This document shows, one piece after another, positions 38,556 through 51,580 of a stretch of DNA of 64,000 nucleotides. A model generated the notes under the pieces. The model did no database searches, had not been told where the DNA came from, and worked only from the letters and a program-made list of their open reading frames with translations. Source of the DNA: Trichoplax sp. H2 (taxonomy: Eukaryota); NCBI GenBank assembly GCA_003344405.1, contig NOWV01000031.1, positions 496,001 to 560,000 of the forward strand. Reading direction: 5' to 3'. How positions within the stretch are numbered: the stretch's first letter is position 1; each line of letters starts with the position of its first letter. A program made the translations under genes and the position numbers.

Positions 38556-41500
38556 CTAACGAGAGCAGTCGTCCTCTTTGCGTATACAATCAGTCATGTA
38601 CGGTATCTTTAAGTATTGGTTAAAATATTGCTTCTGAATTTTACTGTTGACAGTCCATGTCATTACGCTGATACCTCGAGAATTCCAGTAATGCAATTCT
38701 TCGCTGTTCGATTCGAAAGGATAGATATTGATTAATTAGTTACATCTTCAAATAGGTTCAATGTTGGTATCAAGCTCTAGCAATAATGTCATGATTAATT
38801 TATTTTTAATGTAACGTGAATATATTAAAATTGAGTCCTTGTAGGTAAGAAATTGACCAAACAATATCTTTAAAATCATCTAGTCCAAACTGGGCCTTGT
38901 CCTACTGTCACTTACCTAGAGATTATATCTTTATGTATTGACACTATCGATGATCCTGTCATTGGAACAGCCCAGCTATAAAAGCTCCAATAAATAAAAG
39001 TGTCTAGTAGAGTAGCTAGTTTGATAATCGTAGCCGATCGATTGCGTCGTTGTAAGAAATCAGTTACGAAATAACTGAAATAAATAATGCCTCCAATGAT
39101 TCGTGGATTTCTACGGCGTACCTAAAGATTTAATTTATAGAGAAGTTTTAATACCTTTCATTCAAAATTTTAGGAATACGTTTTGAGCTTACCTTGTAGA
39201 CTACTAACGGATTAAATGAAGTAACAATCGCTTCTTTATATAAGTTATACTTTTCGAAGAGTGGAATCAATGCGTCAGCAGTCTACAAATCAAATATATG
39301 TAAATTATAACCCAAGTTAATAACAAGTTCAGTAACTTTAATACTGCAGGAGTAGTAAGAATGCAACGATTGGAACAAACGAATAGAATCTTTAAGCATC
39401 TTAGGCTAATATTGTCTACAGCCTTCAATACGCACATATTAGAACAGCATAAAGTCTTAAAGGCATACCTATCGTATTTTGCATAATATGCTAGCTATCG
39501 GCAACTTGACATTACCATTACATTTTAATTTCAGTATAAAGACAGCATTATAATCTACACTTAGGCAAAATATCATTTTTACCTTCGTCGCTTCTCCTTT
39601 GACATCAACGATAACTTTAAGTTTTAATCTTTTAGCTTCTTTCAGAGCTTCTTCAATTGTTGGTATCTTTACTTCATCAAATCGATTTCTGTAATTATGG
39701 ACACATAGAACATATTAGCCATGATTTAATATAATATCTGTTGTTTATCGATATCATTTGGCTAAAATTTTACGCGGGCATGTTGCAAATACTCCACTAC
39801 ATGATTTCTGAATGAAACGAGTTATTATTCTGAAATAATTTGTTTGCTTTTTGTAACTGGTTAATTTAGACCACAACCATTTCAACATAGATTTTCGTAC
39901 ATTTGGCAGAGTAGTTTGAGAGAAGTAGACGAAAAATCAACATTGAACTGGTTAGATCATTGAACTATTAACTATTAACATATCATATGCTTATACAGTA
40001 ATATATGCCATTCATGCGTTAAGCAAAGGTAAGCTAATGAGCTAATAAAATTGTACGATAAACTGAATACAGCAAGATCAGCGAAAGTATCATTTACTTG
40101 TTGAGTAAAGTTTAATTGGCTAGGTAGAAGGAAACTATTGCACGGTGATATCGATATAAAATTGTAGAGTTGGCCTCAATCGATCCTTAACGTATCATTG
40201 TTAACACTTGGACCTACTTTAATCGTTCATTCACTGTCACATTTAACGCTTTTAGTTGCTTTAATGTCAATTGATCTACATCGACATTGGGGCCATTTGT
40301 AGTCCGACCAAGTGAAGGATCATGCATTAAGACACCAGCATCATCTTTACTGAAAGCTAGGTCAATTTCTATCCCTGCGGCTCCATTTTTTTTAGCCATC
40401 CTAATGGCTTCCAAGCTGTTCTCAGGAGCATCATAACCGCCAGCACGATGACCTACAATGTCTACAACAAACGTTAAAAATACAGCAATATGAGCAAGAA
40501 CGTTGTGATATTGAAAGACTTCTTTCGTCTTAGTTTAGATAATGCTATTCCTTTGAATGCTGATGGCTCATTCATTTTGTAGTACTCTTATAGTATTGGT
40601 AAAAGAGGTTGAAATTGCAGTTCGAAATGATCTATTAATCTAGTGCCTTTATGTACTTTATGACATGGAAGCGAATCGAATGTGTTTTTTAAGTATTTTC
40701 TTAGGCATAAGCAAAAGTCTTAAAAAGTATTGTCTATTTTTCAGTATTACAAAATTAGATATTATAGCACAATATTTGTAGTACGTTTGTAGTAGAATAT
40801 TGGATATTAATATAGGAATACTCTGTTATGTTGATACGTGATATACACTGTATATCGTTTAAAGAAATGCATTTTTGAGCATGGAGTCTAGCTGTTGTGT
40901 CCATATGATACTAACACTGAAAGGCATTTCTGTGCTTGCTACTTTAAAGTCCCATTGCGGTCACCTGCGTGGCAATAACTATATGGTGGATCAAATAATC
41001 CTTTCATTTCTTAGCGTAAATGAATTTTCTCATGGATGGTGCTGCTACAGTGTTGGCCGATTTAAATTGTAGCTATACGTAATGGCTGATGAGCATCAAC
41101 GAATGATAAGCCACACAATTCATCCTATTACAGGTTGGAAAAAAGCCTAATGATGCAGTACGTCGATGGACAATTAACGGTGCTAGCTAGAAAGTGATTA
41201 AAATAAAATGAATCGTAACTGATGGGAAGTTATGTATGGAGAATGATAGTGATGAAAAATAAATGGCAAATGGTGGGAAATTATAACTATATTTGGAGAA
41301 TGCTAAATAGCCACACAATTCGTCATATTATAGATCGAAAAGCCTAGCGATACAGTAGATCGACAATCAATGGTGCTGACTAGATAGTGATGAAAAATAA
41401 ATAGCAACTGGTGGGAAGTTATATATGGAGAATGCTAAATAACCAAGCAATTCGTCATATTATAGATCGAAAAGCCTAGCGATACAGAAAATCGACAATC

Positions 41501-42505
41501 AACGGTGCTGACTAGATAGCGATGAAAAATAAATGGTAACTGGTGGGAAGTTATGTATGGAGAATGCTAAATAGTCACACCATTCCGTCATATTACAGAT
41601 TGAAAAAGCCTTGCGATGCAGTCGATGGACAATCAACGGTGCTGACTAGAAAGTGATGAAAAAATAAATGAAGGAACAGTGCTGGTCACTCGTGGGAAGT
41701 TTTCTATTGTGAATGCTAAATAGATGAAGGAGGTTACAGGAGGTGGATGTTTACAAATTTGAAGACGCTTTAATTACAAAAATGGAGAAGGTGAGAACAG
41801 TAAACGTTATTCCTGCTTACGTACACGTACAGTACGTATTGTTTATTTGACGAACAAGAATATGAACAAGGAACTATTTTAGAACTTGGTGATGATCATA
41901 ACGATCATTGGAAGCTTCGTAAACGTCGATAGTATACAGTTAGTAACAGTGATTTTAAATACCGTGTTGGGAAGATCCGTAGATCATTTAAAACGTCGGA
42001 CTGATGATGTATTCAGTAGAATGAACAAGTCAAGTCTGCAGTGGATTGTGGCTACAAATTGCAATAGTTTAGTAAATTATTTTAGCATGCCTGTAGTCGA
42101 AATGACTCAAGAGTGGTGACTAGCAATAAATTATGGATGACTACTGTGCAAGCTTCGAGAGTAACGAAGGGCTTCTCGATGGAAGGAGAGTGTTGAGTAA
42201 GTTGAATGACTGAAGATGACAATGTTGATCGGGGATAATTTGTTCAATATCAAGGTACGAGTATAAAACTGTCTTACGAAAAAGAATTGGATAGAGCTAG
42301 TTAGCGCGGCCATGACCGTTAGCCTCTACTGCAAGAATAAAACATTTTATGTCGACCATTTTTCTATGCCTAGCTGACCTAAATCTTGGAGGAAATCATC
42401 GGTTGCCTGTCGAGGGGTCGCCGGTAGCTTGATTTGGTAGATCAAACATGCAATGACAGCAGCAGATGTAGCAAGAATCAGGAAAGGATTGGTATACAAT
42501 GCCAT
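38556..42505 (-). CDS. GDE1: Glycerophosphodiester phosphodiesterase, GDE1-like, multi-exon
   Basis: Hydrophobic N-terminus MALYTNPFLILATSAAVIACLIY, followed by DIVGHRAGGYDAPENSLEAIRMA..GIEIDL..VLMHD..RTTNG, KIPTIEEAL..VDVKG and IVTSFNP. The last exon is GISVMTWTVN..IPYMTDC..SR*. Confidence 0.9.
41109..41723. repeat. Tandem array, ~4.5 x ~132 bp, in intron 1 of GDE1
   Basis: Unit starts at ~41109, 41309, 41441 and 41573. Core is GACAATCAACGGTGCTGACTAGAWAGTGATGAAAAATAAATG..GTGGGAAGTTAT..GGAGAATGCTAAATAG. Confidence 0.93.
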
Positions 42506-44468
42506 GATGGCTGGAAATTTGTTATTAGGATAAGGGTTGATAGGATGATGATGGCTTAACTTCTACTACTCCTACTGTTCGTTAGACATGACCGAATTGG
42601 AGTGGTTTACTCTTGAGAAGTAAACAAAAGTTGCAAAGCCTTTTCTACCTCTAGGCTCAATTGATTACAAGCTCATGCTATCGACCAGTATAGAGCTGCA
42701 GTAGGTAGGAAGCAGTAGGGTAGAAATGGTGCTAGAATCGATTGTAGTCATGCAGTAGTCCAGCAGTCATTATCGTCAGCAGATGGCCAGATGCGGTACT
42801 GTCAGACTGGTAGTCAGTGGTCTAGTGTATATTAACTTAAAGAGTTATCCACTGTGTCCGATGGAGTAAAATTGTTTAAAATCTCCTCCCCTCTCTGTGT
42901 CCATTGACCTCCTTAATCAACCTGTAGCCTATGACCGCTCTATGCATAGAATATCTATCCATATGACCGCTCTATCCATAGAATGGATGTTTTTAAATCA
43001 GCAGCCTCGTTTCTTATTTTGCCATGGCAAATCGGGCTACATGGACATATTTGTAGAAATAGGATTAGACATTGTTTGTATATAGAATATAGATGATAAG
43101 AGCTCATCTCGATGCAGACAAGAGTCGTTAAGCATAAGTACGTGTCGTTTATACTACTATATAGTCGTAGTACATAGTCTTATTTTAGATGGCACTTTCA
43201 TAAGTAAATGCATGTTTGTCAACATTGGCATCGAGCCTTGTTCCAACGGTGTTTGCAAGTCACTAGCATAGTCGATGCTTAAGATCTACTGTTACTAGGA
43301 ACTGACGACGTTGCCTAGAGCTTGTCTACAGGTGCTACCAAGGGCCCTTGTACACGAGTAGTGTAGACGAACTCGGTAGTGCCATCCCACTATCCATCAT
43401 CATATACTATTACAGCTCAAATTGCTAACCTGCTTGTTGAATGAACAAGAGATGGTACAACACGAAGAAGAACGAACGACAACCTGACATTAGGTAAGCG
43501 ATCACGGTGGAGAAGCCTGTGAAATCATCCAGGCAGTCGTTCATTGGATGCATATTCAGTCAATAAACTGCAGTCCTACAGTAGATGGACAATAAAGGGA
43601 TTGGCTGTATACTAGGACTATCTATGACAATGACACAACATCCATTGGAATGGGAGACTTTTTCAATGGCTTTCTTCCCGGAAGGGAATGCCAACGCCAT
43701 GAACCAACACTGTCCTATGATCGAGTTGAATTGGAATAGTCCGTATCTACACTCATTGCCTGTATCCCATCGAGGTAAGAGAAGAGCTGTTTCTCTTACC
43801 TCTATAGTATAGAGGCAATGAAGGCAATTTTATCGATCAAATGCTTGATGATTGAAAATGCAGAAATTTGGATATCCACTGCAAGGTTGTTATGGCAGCT
43901 TTGCCTACACCAAGTCTGCCGGCGGCGATGAGCAAGACCCCACCCACGTCGGGTGTTGGAGCAGGGCACACCCTTGTGGTGAGTTAGTACTGTACACAGT
44001 CACTATAGAGAGGATCTGCCAGGCACCCGCCTGCACTAAAACCCTGCCAGTCGGTGTTGCCTTGCCGATCCCCTCTGACGATTCTAGTAACCTCGACACT
44101 CGACAGTACTGTAGTCAATGGATAGAAATAGAGTCCAATTGAATGATAGGCAAACTACTTTACTTGCAAGCTCTTACTTGTTTGACAGGGACCTGAGCGT
44201 AAACTACTGTACGCTTGCGTAGCTTGGTACTGTACTCTGTAATAGTCTGTATGACATCTTGCGTATTCTATTCCTTGTTTGACAGAGACCTTTGTGAGCC
44301 ACCGTAGAGTTTTCACGACCAACCCGCAACTCATAAAGAATTTCTATACTGTCCTCTACAAATAATACCACCGTTGAGTGTACAGTGTACAGTGTACAGT
44401 ACGGTCAATATTCCTCTTGGAAAGTACCGTAGCTGGAGGGTTGGGGTTGGGGCCCGCATTCAACCAAT

Positions 44469-45330
44469 GGCAAGCAAGATCCAAACTGGATGGACGATTG
44501 CCTACGCAAACTGATCATTTCTATACAGGATTTACTATGGTTTTCGTTGAGACGATAACATCCCCACTCGGCTACAACTGTGTGGGCACGGTACGCTCCG
44601 GTACGGACCAACGGCAAGCAAGACCCAAACTGGATGGACGATAGCTTACTCAAACTGATCATTTCTATGCAGGATTTACTATGTTTTTCGTTGAGACGAT
44701 GACATCCCCACTCGGCTACAACTGTGTGGGCACGGTATGCTCCGGTACGGACCGACGGCAAGCAAGACCCAAACTGGATGGACGATAGCCTACTCAAACT
44801 GATCATTTCTATACAGGATTTACTATGGCTTTCGTTGAGACGATGACATCCCCACTCGGCTACAACTGTGTGGGCACGGTATGCTCCGGTACGGACCGAC
44901 GGCAAGCAAGATCCAAACTGGATGGACGATTGCCTACTCAAGCTGATCATTTCTATACAGGATTTACTATGGTTTTCGTTGAGACGATGACATCCCCACT
45001 CGGCTACAACTGTGTGGGCACGGTATGCTCCGGTACGGACCGACGGCAAGCAAGACCCAAACTGGATGGACGATTTCCTACTCAAATTGATCATTTCTAT
45101 ACAGGATTTGCTATGGTTTTCGTCGAGACGATGACATCCCCACTCGATTACAGCTTGGTTGGCCCGGTACACTGCGGTGCGGACTGATGGCAAGCAGGAT
45201 CCAAACTGGATGGACGATTACCTACTCAAACTGATCTTTTCTATACGGGATTTACTATGGTTTTCGTCGAGACGATAACATCCGCACTCGGCTACAGCTG
45301 GGTGGGCACGGTGCCTTCCGGTACAGACCG
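44469..45330. repeat. Relatively GC-rich tandem array, 6 x 144 bp, immediately upstream of MAP2K3/6
   Basis: GGCAAGCARGAYCCAAACTGGATGGACGAT at 44469, 44613, 44757, 44901, 45045 and 45189. Confidence 0.97.
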
Positions 45331-45604
45331 AACTGGACGGGACGGTCAGCCGTCGTACCCACCACTGGCTGGCTGCTGGGGGTTGAGTCGTTCGTTGCTT
45401 TCTTGTTGGCTCCATTTTTCAACCATTTTCAATCTTAGTTGGCTGTTGGCACGCATTGCAATTACTGATTTGAGGCTAGTAGAACGCTGTTAAGAGCGAT
45501 CTTCAGGCCTTGGGCGACTCCATCATTGATAGTATTGGTGACTAGCGTCGATTGGATATTGATTGTATTTTACGTGGAAAAAAAGCCAATTCAAAACAGC
45601 CATC

Positions 45605-48600
45605 ATGTCAGGTAAGAGATGAGCGGATAGGAAAACGTCTTCGTAGACGAGGCCAAGTCATTGAATTGTTGACGTATACAGTATCAGGTTACACACTGGT
45701 TTGGGATACACTACTGTCGGTGTACCCGGCCAGTCATTTCTCTCCACTCGATCGATCATGGAGAATGCAAGAGGATACAATTTGGATTGCCCTTTTGCCG
45801 GCCTCTACTTTGATATCCTCTTCTTCTAGTCGATCCAATCGTCTTCAAAAGTAACTTTTCACAACCGAGATGCATCACTGTAGGTGTATCATTGCAGTTT
45901 GTAATCGCAATACTACAGATCAGTAGAATACAATCGCCAAGAGATTATCATCCTGATAGAAATGAATCATTGATCGCAAGTGATAACCAAATTAAACAGC
46001 GCGGATACTCTTTTCTAGGACGGAAAAATCCCAAGTTGAATTTTAATAAGATTGATCAAGTCAATAAAGAGATGGATCATACCAGGTAGGTCGATATAGT
46101 CTAGGTAATACTAGGAAGAATCGCTTAATTACCAGCTTGAATCACGTCGTCATAGACAATTGACTTGTCTATGACGAGGATGAAAATTACTTGTAACGCC
46201 AAGTGGATCAATATCTTCTTCATGGACAGTAGTCATGATGCTATATTAGTAGATATCAATCTTGGACGTATTATCATCATTGGTCTATGCTATTCTGCTA
46301 TTATAAATCATGGACATGGATGGTTCATGATAGAAATTCAATAACCATAATAGTAGAATAACGAATCACCCATCAACCGGCATGCTATCTTTGACGCACA
46401 ACCATCAATAAACTTTCACTTTACACCCATCATTTGAACATGATCTTTCCTTCCATTTTGTAACCATTGTAGGCCACCAAGAGATCTGGATTCCACCGCA
46501 AAATTAATCGTCAACAACAGGGTTAGTTTTTGTGCTTATTTCATGTCTGTGATACCGATTTCAGTAAGCAAGGGTTGACAGCCGCTTGAAAAGAGAAGAG
46601 CTCCTTGTCAATCCATGATACGGCCCTGTCAATAATGAACATTCTAGCATCAACGATCGCCGCCGTCGTAAATGATAGGCGCTAAGTTGGTCATGTTGAA
46701 TAAAGTAAACTCTTCTTGTGCCTGGCCTTTCCTTAGTACTTGTTATTAAAATAGCCTTGATAGATTTAATCTACTTTACTAACACCAAAGCAACATGTCT
46801 GCTTCAAACTGCTACTCCTAATTGAATTGTCCATTGAGACACCCCTTTGATTTCTAATTATCAATTTTGATCGGTTTCAACTTTACTTTTCTCGCTTATC
46901 AACTAACATGGGTAGTGGATTAATAAATTCTTTTTATAGGAATTTGATTGCGATGCCACCGATTTACAAATTATAAGTGAGCTTGGCCGTGGAGCATTTG
47001 GTGTTGTCCACAAAGTTTGTCATCGTCCCAGTGGAGTCATTATGGCAGTTAAGGTAAAGATGATGTGCACTGTACGCATATGTTATTCCTCATGATATGG
47101 ATAATCTTATCCAAGCTTACAATGGAATGACTGTTATTAATGAAAATCGCTCATATCATGAACAAAATTGTTTCAACCCTACTGGTAGAACGACTCAGTA
47201 TTCTCCTCTTCCAACTTACCAAAATGGTAACGATAGTTTTCCCCAAAAAAGCACACCGTAATACTGTCTCTTGTAAAACTCCATTAGAATCTCTTTCAAT
47301 CATTCTTTTCTAGACCAAATAGTTTACACTATGGAAATCAGTCAAAACTTCTGTCTATTGCAATTCTCAATCTTTTCTAGTACAACTATTCATCTTGAAT
47401 GAAGAATAACAATACTGGCTTAGTCATCATGTTATCATCAATGTCTCGTTGAATTGTTGTTACAAACAAGACGATACTGACGTTTAGGAATCATGATGTC
47501 GTTGAAAACATGTCTAGTAATTAATCTTCAATCAATGCTCCATACTACTAGTATACTGTACAATATGACAAAGAAGCTACAAACAGAATCAATCACAAAC
47601 GCTGAATATTGGATCAATAATATCTAGAAAATAGCCATAAATCATAGCTAGCTAAAATACGACAGCAAGCAATCACGGTAGTAGAAAATTGCATCGATGG
47701 ATAGTAGTCGTATAGTGCACGATTGCTTACACGGTGTTTTATAGGTCATCACGTCTTTGGAAATCAGTCCAAGAATAAATTTAAAGTCCTGAGTCCATTA
47801 ATGCTACTTATATCGTAATCTTATTTCACCATCATATTCGTAAGATGAGAAGAATACGACTATTACCATCTAAGAGAGTTGATTCTATTAATCTGTCTGT
47901 TCAACTATAAAATTACTTGCCCCATAATGTGTGCAATGTATCATGGCGTTCGCTTATGTTACTTTTTCGATTGTTTTACCGATATTATGAAACTATAGAG
48001 AATCCGAGCAAATGTCAGTTCGAAAGATCAGAAATATTTATTGCAAGACTTGGATGTTTCGATGGCAAGTGACAGTCCTTACACAGTTAAAGTTTATGGT
48101 GCATTATTTAAAGAGGTAAAGTCTTTTTTTAATTTCATACGTCAAGTGTATCAAATGCTAAAATAGCCACTGTAACCTTTTGATAAAGTAAAGGTTAACA
48201 GTTGAGATAGTAATTCTTTCTTAGACATTCATAATGGTTAAGATACAATGTTAAAACGTACTCGTGTTAGGTTTGTAGCGTGATTATTAAGATACAATAT
48301 TAAAATGCATTTGTTTATGGGTACATTATTGAAAGAGGTAAAGTCTGTTCTTTAATTTCATACGCCAAGTGTATCAAATGCTAAAATAGCCACTGGAACC
48401 TTTTGATAAAGTAAAGGTTAACAGTTGAGATAGTAATTCTTTCTTAGACATTTATGATTGTTAAGATACAATATTAAAATGCATTTGTTTATGGGTACAT
48501 TATTGAAAGAGGTAAAGTCTGTTCTTTAATTTCATACGCCAAGTGTATCAAATGCTAAAATAGCCACTGTAACCTTTTGATAAAGTAAAGGTTAACAGTT

Positions 48601-50602
48601 GAGATAGTATTTCTTTCTTAGACATTTATGATTGTTAAGATACAATATTAAAATGCACTCGTTTATGGGTGCATTATTTAAAGAGGTATAGTCTGTTCTT
48701 TAATTTCATGCGTCAAGTGTATCAAATGCTAAAATAGCCACTGTAACCTTTTGATAAAGTAAAGGTTAACAGTTGAGATAGTATTTCTTTCTTAGACATT
48801 CATGATTGTTAAGACACAATATTAAAACGCACTCGTGTTAGGTTTATAGCTTGAAATTGGAATCCAATGACAAAATCATTTTACTAATACCGATAATTTT
48901 GATGCTTTTGGAACTAAATCTTATTGATTAATCATTATTAAATATGCAATGACAAAATTGTCTTACTTGAATCAATTATTTCCATACTCTCGCAGCTATA
49001 TCTTAATATTTGTTCAATTTATACAGGGTGATGTTTGGATTTGCATGGAATCCATGGAGGAATCTTTCGATAAATTTTATGTCAAAGTATTCAAACAGTC
49101 CAAAAGATTTAATGAACCAATATTATGCTACTTTGCGAATTGTGTAAGTATCTGAACGAGTATATAATTTATTACACTTTGTATCACGGCAGATACAGTT
49201 TTGCATTCAGGGATTAATACAACACCACTTACTCAACTATCAATGAAGCATTTACTTTTTGAATATCTTTGAATGTAATCTATGATGTATTATTGAAACA
49301 ATGTCTCCATCACTTATATTGATATTGTAGGTCATTAAAGCTCTTTCTTACTTACATAACAAATTAAAAGTAATTCATAGAGGTAAGTTGTGAATCCATC
49401 AGTAATTAATATTTAGCCTAAAATCTCATACTGTATTTGTGTTGCCCACCTTATTAAAATCAACATGGAATCATTCTTGACAAAGCAATATTGACTTTGT
49501 ATACGGTACCGTAATTTTAGATGCTATAAAATAGTATTAATTTAGCTTTATTTGATTAATTCAATTAGATGTCAAGCCATCAAATATTTTATTGGACCTA
49601 AATGGCCTTGTAAAGTTATGCGATTTTGGGATCAGTGGTCAATTAGTCAATTCCATAGCCAAAACCAGAGAGGCTGGATGTAAACCATATATGGCTGTAA
49701 GTAATTTGATGATAAGATTGACGTAATCAGTATGATGTCGATACTCCAAAGATTGATAATGCTGCCTAAAGTATTGATAGTAAATGTGTCCAATATATTG
49801 TTCGATGTGGTTAGTAAGCATATATTCATTGGAATACTTTTTGAATAGCCTGAAAGAATTAACCCAACTAATACCGGCGGTGGTTATGATATTAGATCGG
49901 ATGTGTGGAGTTTTGGAATTACTATGGTATGTATTAGTTTTAACCCTGACGTAAATAGAAGAAGACCCTAAGAAGACGACTAATGTAATAGTTCTGGTTA
50001 TAATGTCAATACTTTATCCAATTTCTCTTATATGCGTATATGTGTAATAATTATAGCTGGAGATATCAACCGGTAAATTTCCTTATGCCAAATGGCGTAC
50101 ACCTTTTGAACAGCTCAAACAGGTGGTCATGGATGATCCACCTCGCCTACCGGACGATGGGAATTTCTCAACTGAATATCGAGATTTTATTGATCAATGG
50201 TTTGTAATTGTTTACAGACATAATTTCCAACAAGTTTTGTTCGCTGTTGTGCAGTCTTGAAATTAATATATGTAACTCTATCTTACGCATCATTTTAAAT
50301 TTCCAGTTTACAAAAGGACGTTCACAAAAGATTGAAATATGACAAACTACTGGTAGGCTTTGCATGATCCTGCTTATTGCTCATTTTATTATATTGTCAT
50401 CGAAATCTTATCAAATACTAGGACGCTAATCACCTTCTTACCAGCTATTGATACCCTCCTTTATTCTTTGTAACCGTAATAGGAACATCCATTCTTACAA
50501 AGTCTAGAAATAACTAATGAAGATGCAGCTAAATTCTTTGAAAGTGTTCTCTCTCAAGCATCTCAACAAGAAGAGAATTCCGTTGGTGCTAATAGTACAT
50601 AG
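45605..50602 (+). CDS. MAP2K3/6: Dual-specificity MAP kinase kinase of the MKK3/MKK6 (p38 activator) group, multi-exon
   Basis: Proposed ATGTCAG|gt first coding exon, then the docking-site-like GRKNPKLNF and PPRDLDS. Kinase motifs: ELGRGAFGVV..IMAVK, YGALFKE|GDVWICME, IHRDVKPSNILL, CDFGISGQLVNSIAKTREAGCKPYMAPERINP, SDVWSFGITM and WRTPFEQLKQVV. Stop TAG at 50600-50602. Confidence 0.93.
48091..48850 (+). repeat. Four-copy ~174 bp tandem duplication spanning an exon end and splice donor of MAP2K3/6
   Basis: GTTTATGG(G)TRCATTATTKAAAGAG|GTAWAGTC at 48091, 48313, 48487 and 48661. Confidence 0.95.
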
Positions 50603-51580
50603 ATTAATGTTAACCTATTGGTAGAACCGACTTGATAGTGAATTAAAGCAATTAAGTACTCCCAAAAAGACTAAAAAACTTTACTGCAGTTCGAAAAGAT
50701 AACAGTACCCGTTAGATAATCTAAGACTGCAAAATTTTGATGACTATAAATACATTCGATAGGCGTTGCCTGTTTTTAAGAAAAAAAACCTAGATCTGAA
50801 CTAATTTGTATTATGAAAAGTTAAAATTTCCGTGCTTTAATTAAATAGTAAGTGCTATTTCTTTATTAAGCATTTTATAACCGATAAGATTCTTCGTATC
50901 GTTTTTGCAACCAATTCAACGGCTACGCTTACTCGTGCATCTTAATGTTTCCTGTATAGTATCATATATCGACGGAAGTTACACACAACATAAATACTTT
51001 TATACTTGAAAGAACACATAATATGATTCTTCGATTCTTTAAGGGTGATAATACTAAATTTATTTGAAATTTTAATACTTCTATTTTAGCTTGGTAACTG
51101 CTGCATGTTGATTTTAATAGTACCATTTACCATTTTTGTCTATTGATTTTATTGTATCACAAATACCACAGCTGTGTAAAAAACGCATCGCTGTCAATCT
51201 TTTATGACAATTTTAATCACGATACAATAACATTATCTGTAATTAAACGTCAAATTGTAGAAAGGCAAACAACTCATTTTGGCTCGTTTTATTCAATAAA
51301 TGTTAAGCTTTATGCTACTATGCAAGTAGGCTCCAAACTAGCTATTTATCACATCGTCACAATTGCGATACACTTTTTGAAAAATCTTCGAACGTAATTG
51401 TGTACATCATTCTATTTACAGCAATTACTGTATTTCTAAAGTGATAAAAAGATTGTGTACTTAGTCTCTATTTATATTTTACACCTATTACCTTCAACAG
51501 TGATTGATAAAGTTGTGTATGGAAAATTATAACTAGTTTATTAGCACCGGTGCTGCTGTTTAAACGGAATCTAAATTGTT

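Noticed and set aside
41083..41115. Hammerhead-like CTGATGAG..CGAAT, and TTGATGA..GAAA in the 22.6-23.2 kb array
   Set aside because: Core residues are wrong (GAAT instead of GAAA; no C before TGATGA) and no NUH with compatible helices was found.
44405..45193. 262-aa minus-strand ORF of 48-aa repeats
   Set aside because: It follows from a 144-bp unit lacking a stop in one frame. A hand count of unit 1 versus unit 2 gives about 3 synonymous and 6 non-synonymous changes, showing no clear coding constraint, and no domain is recognisable.
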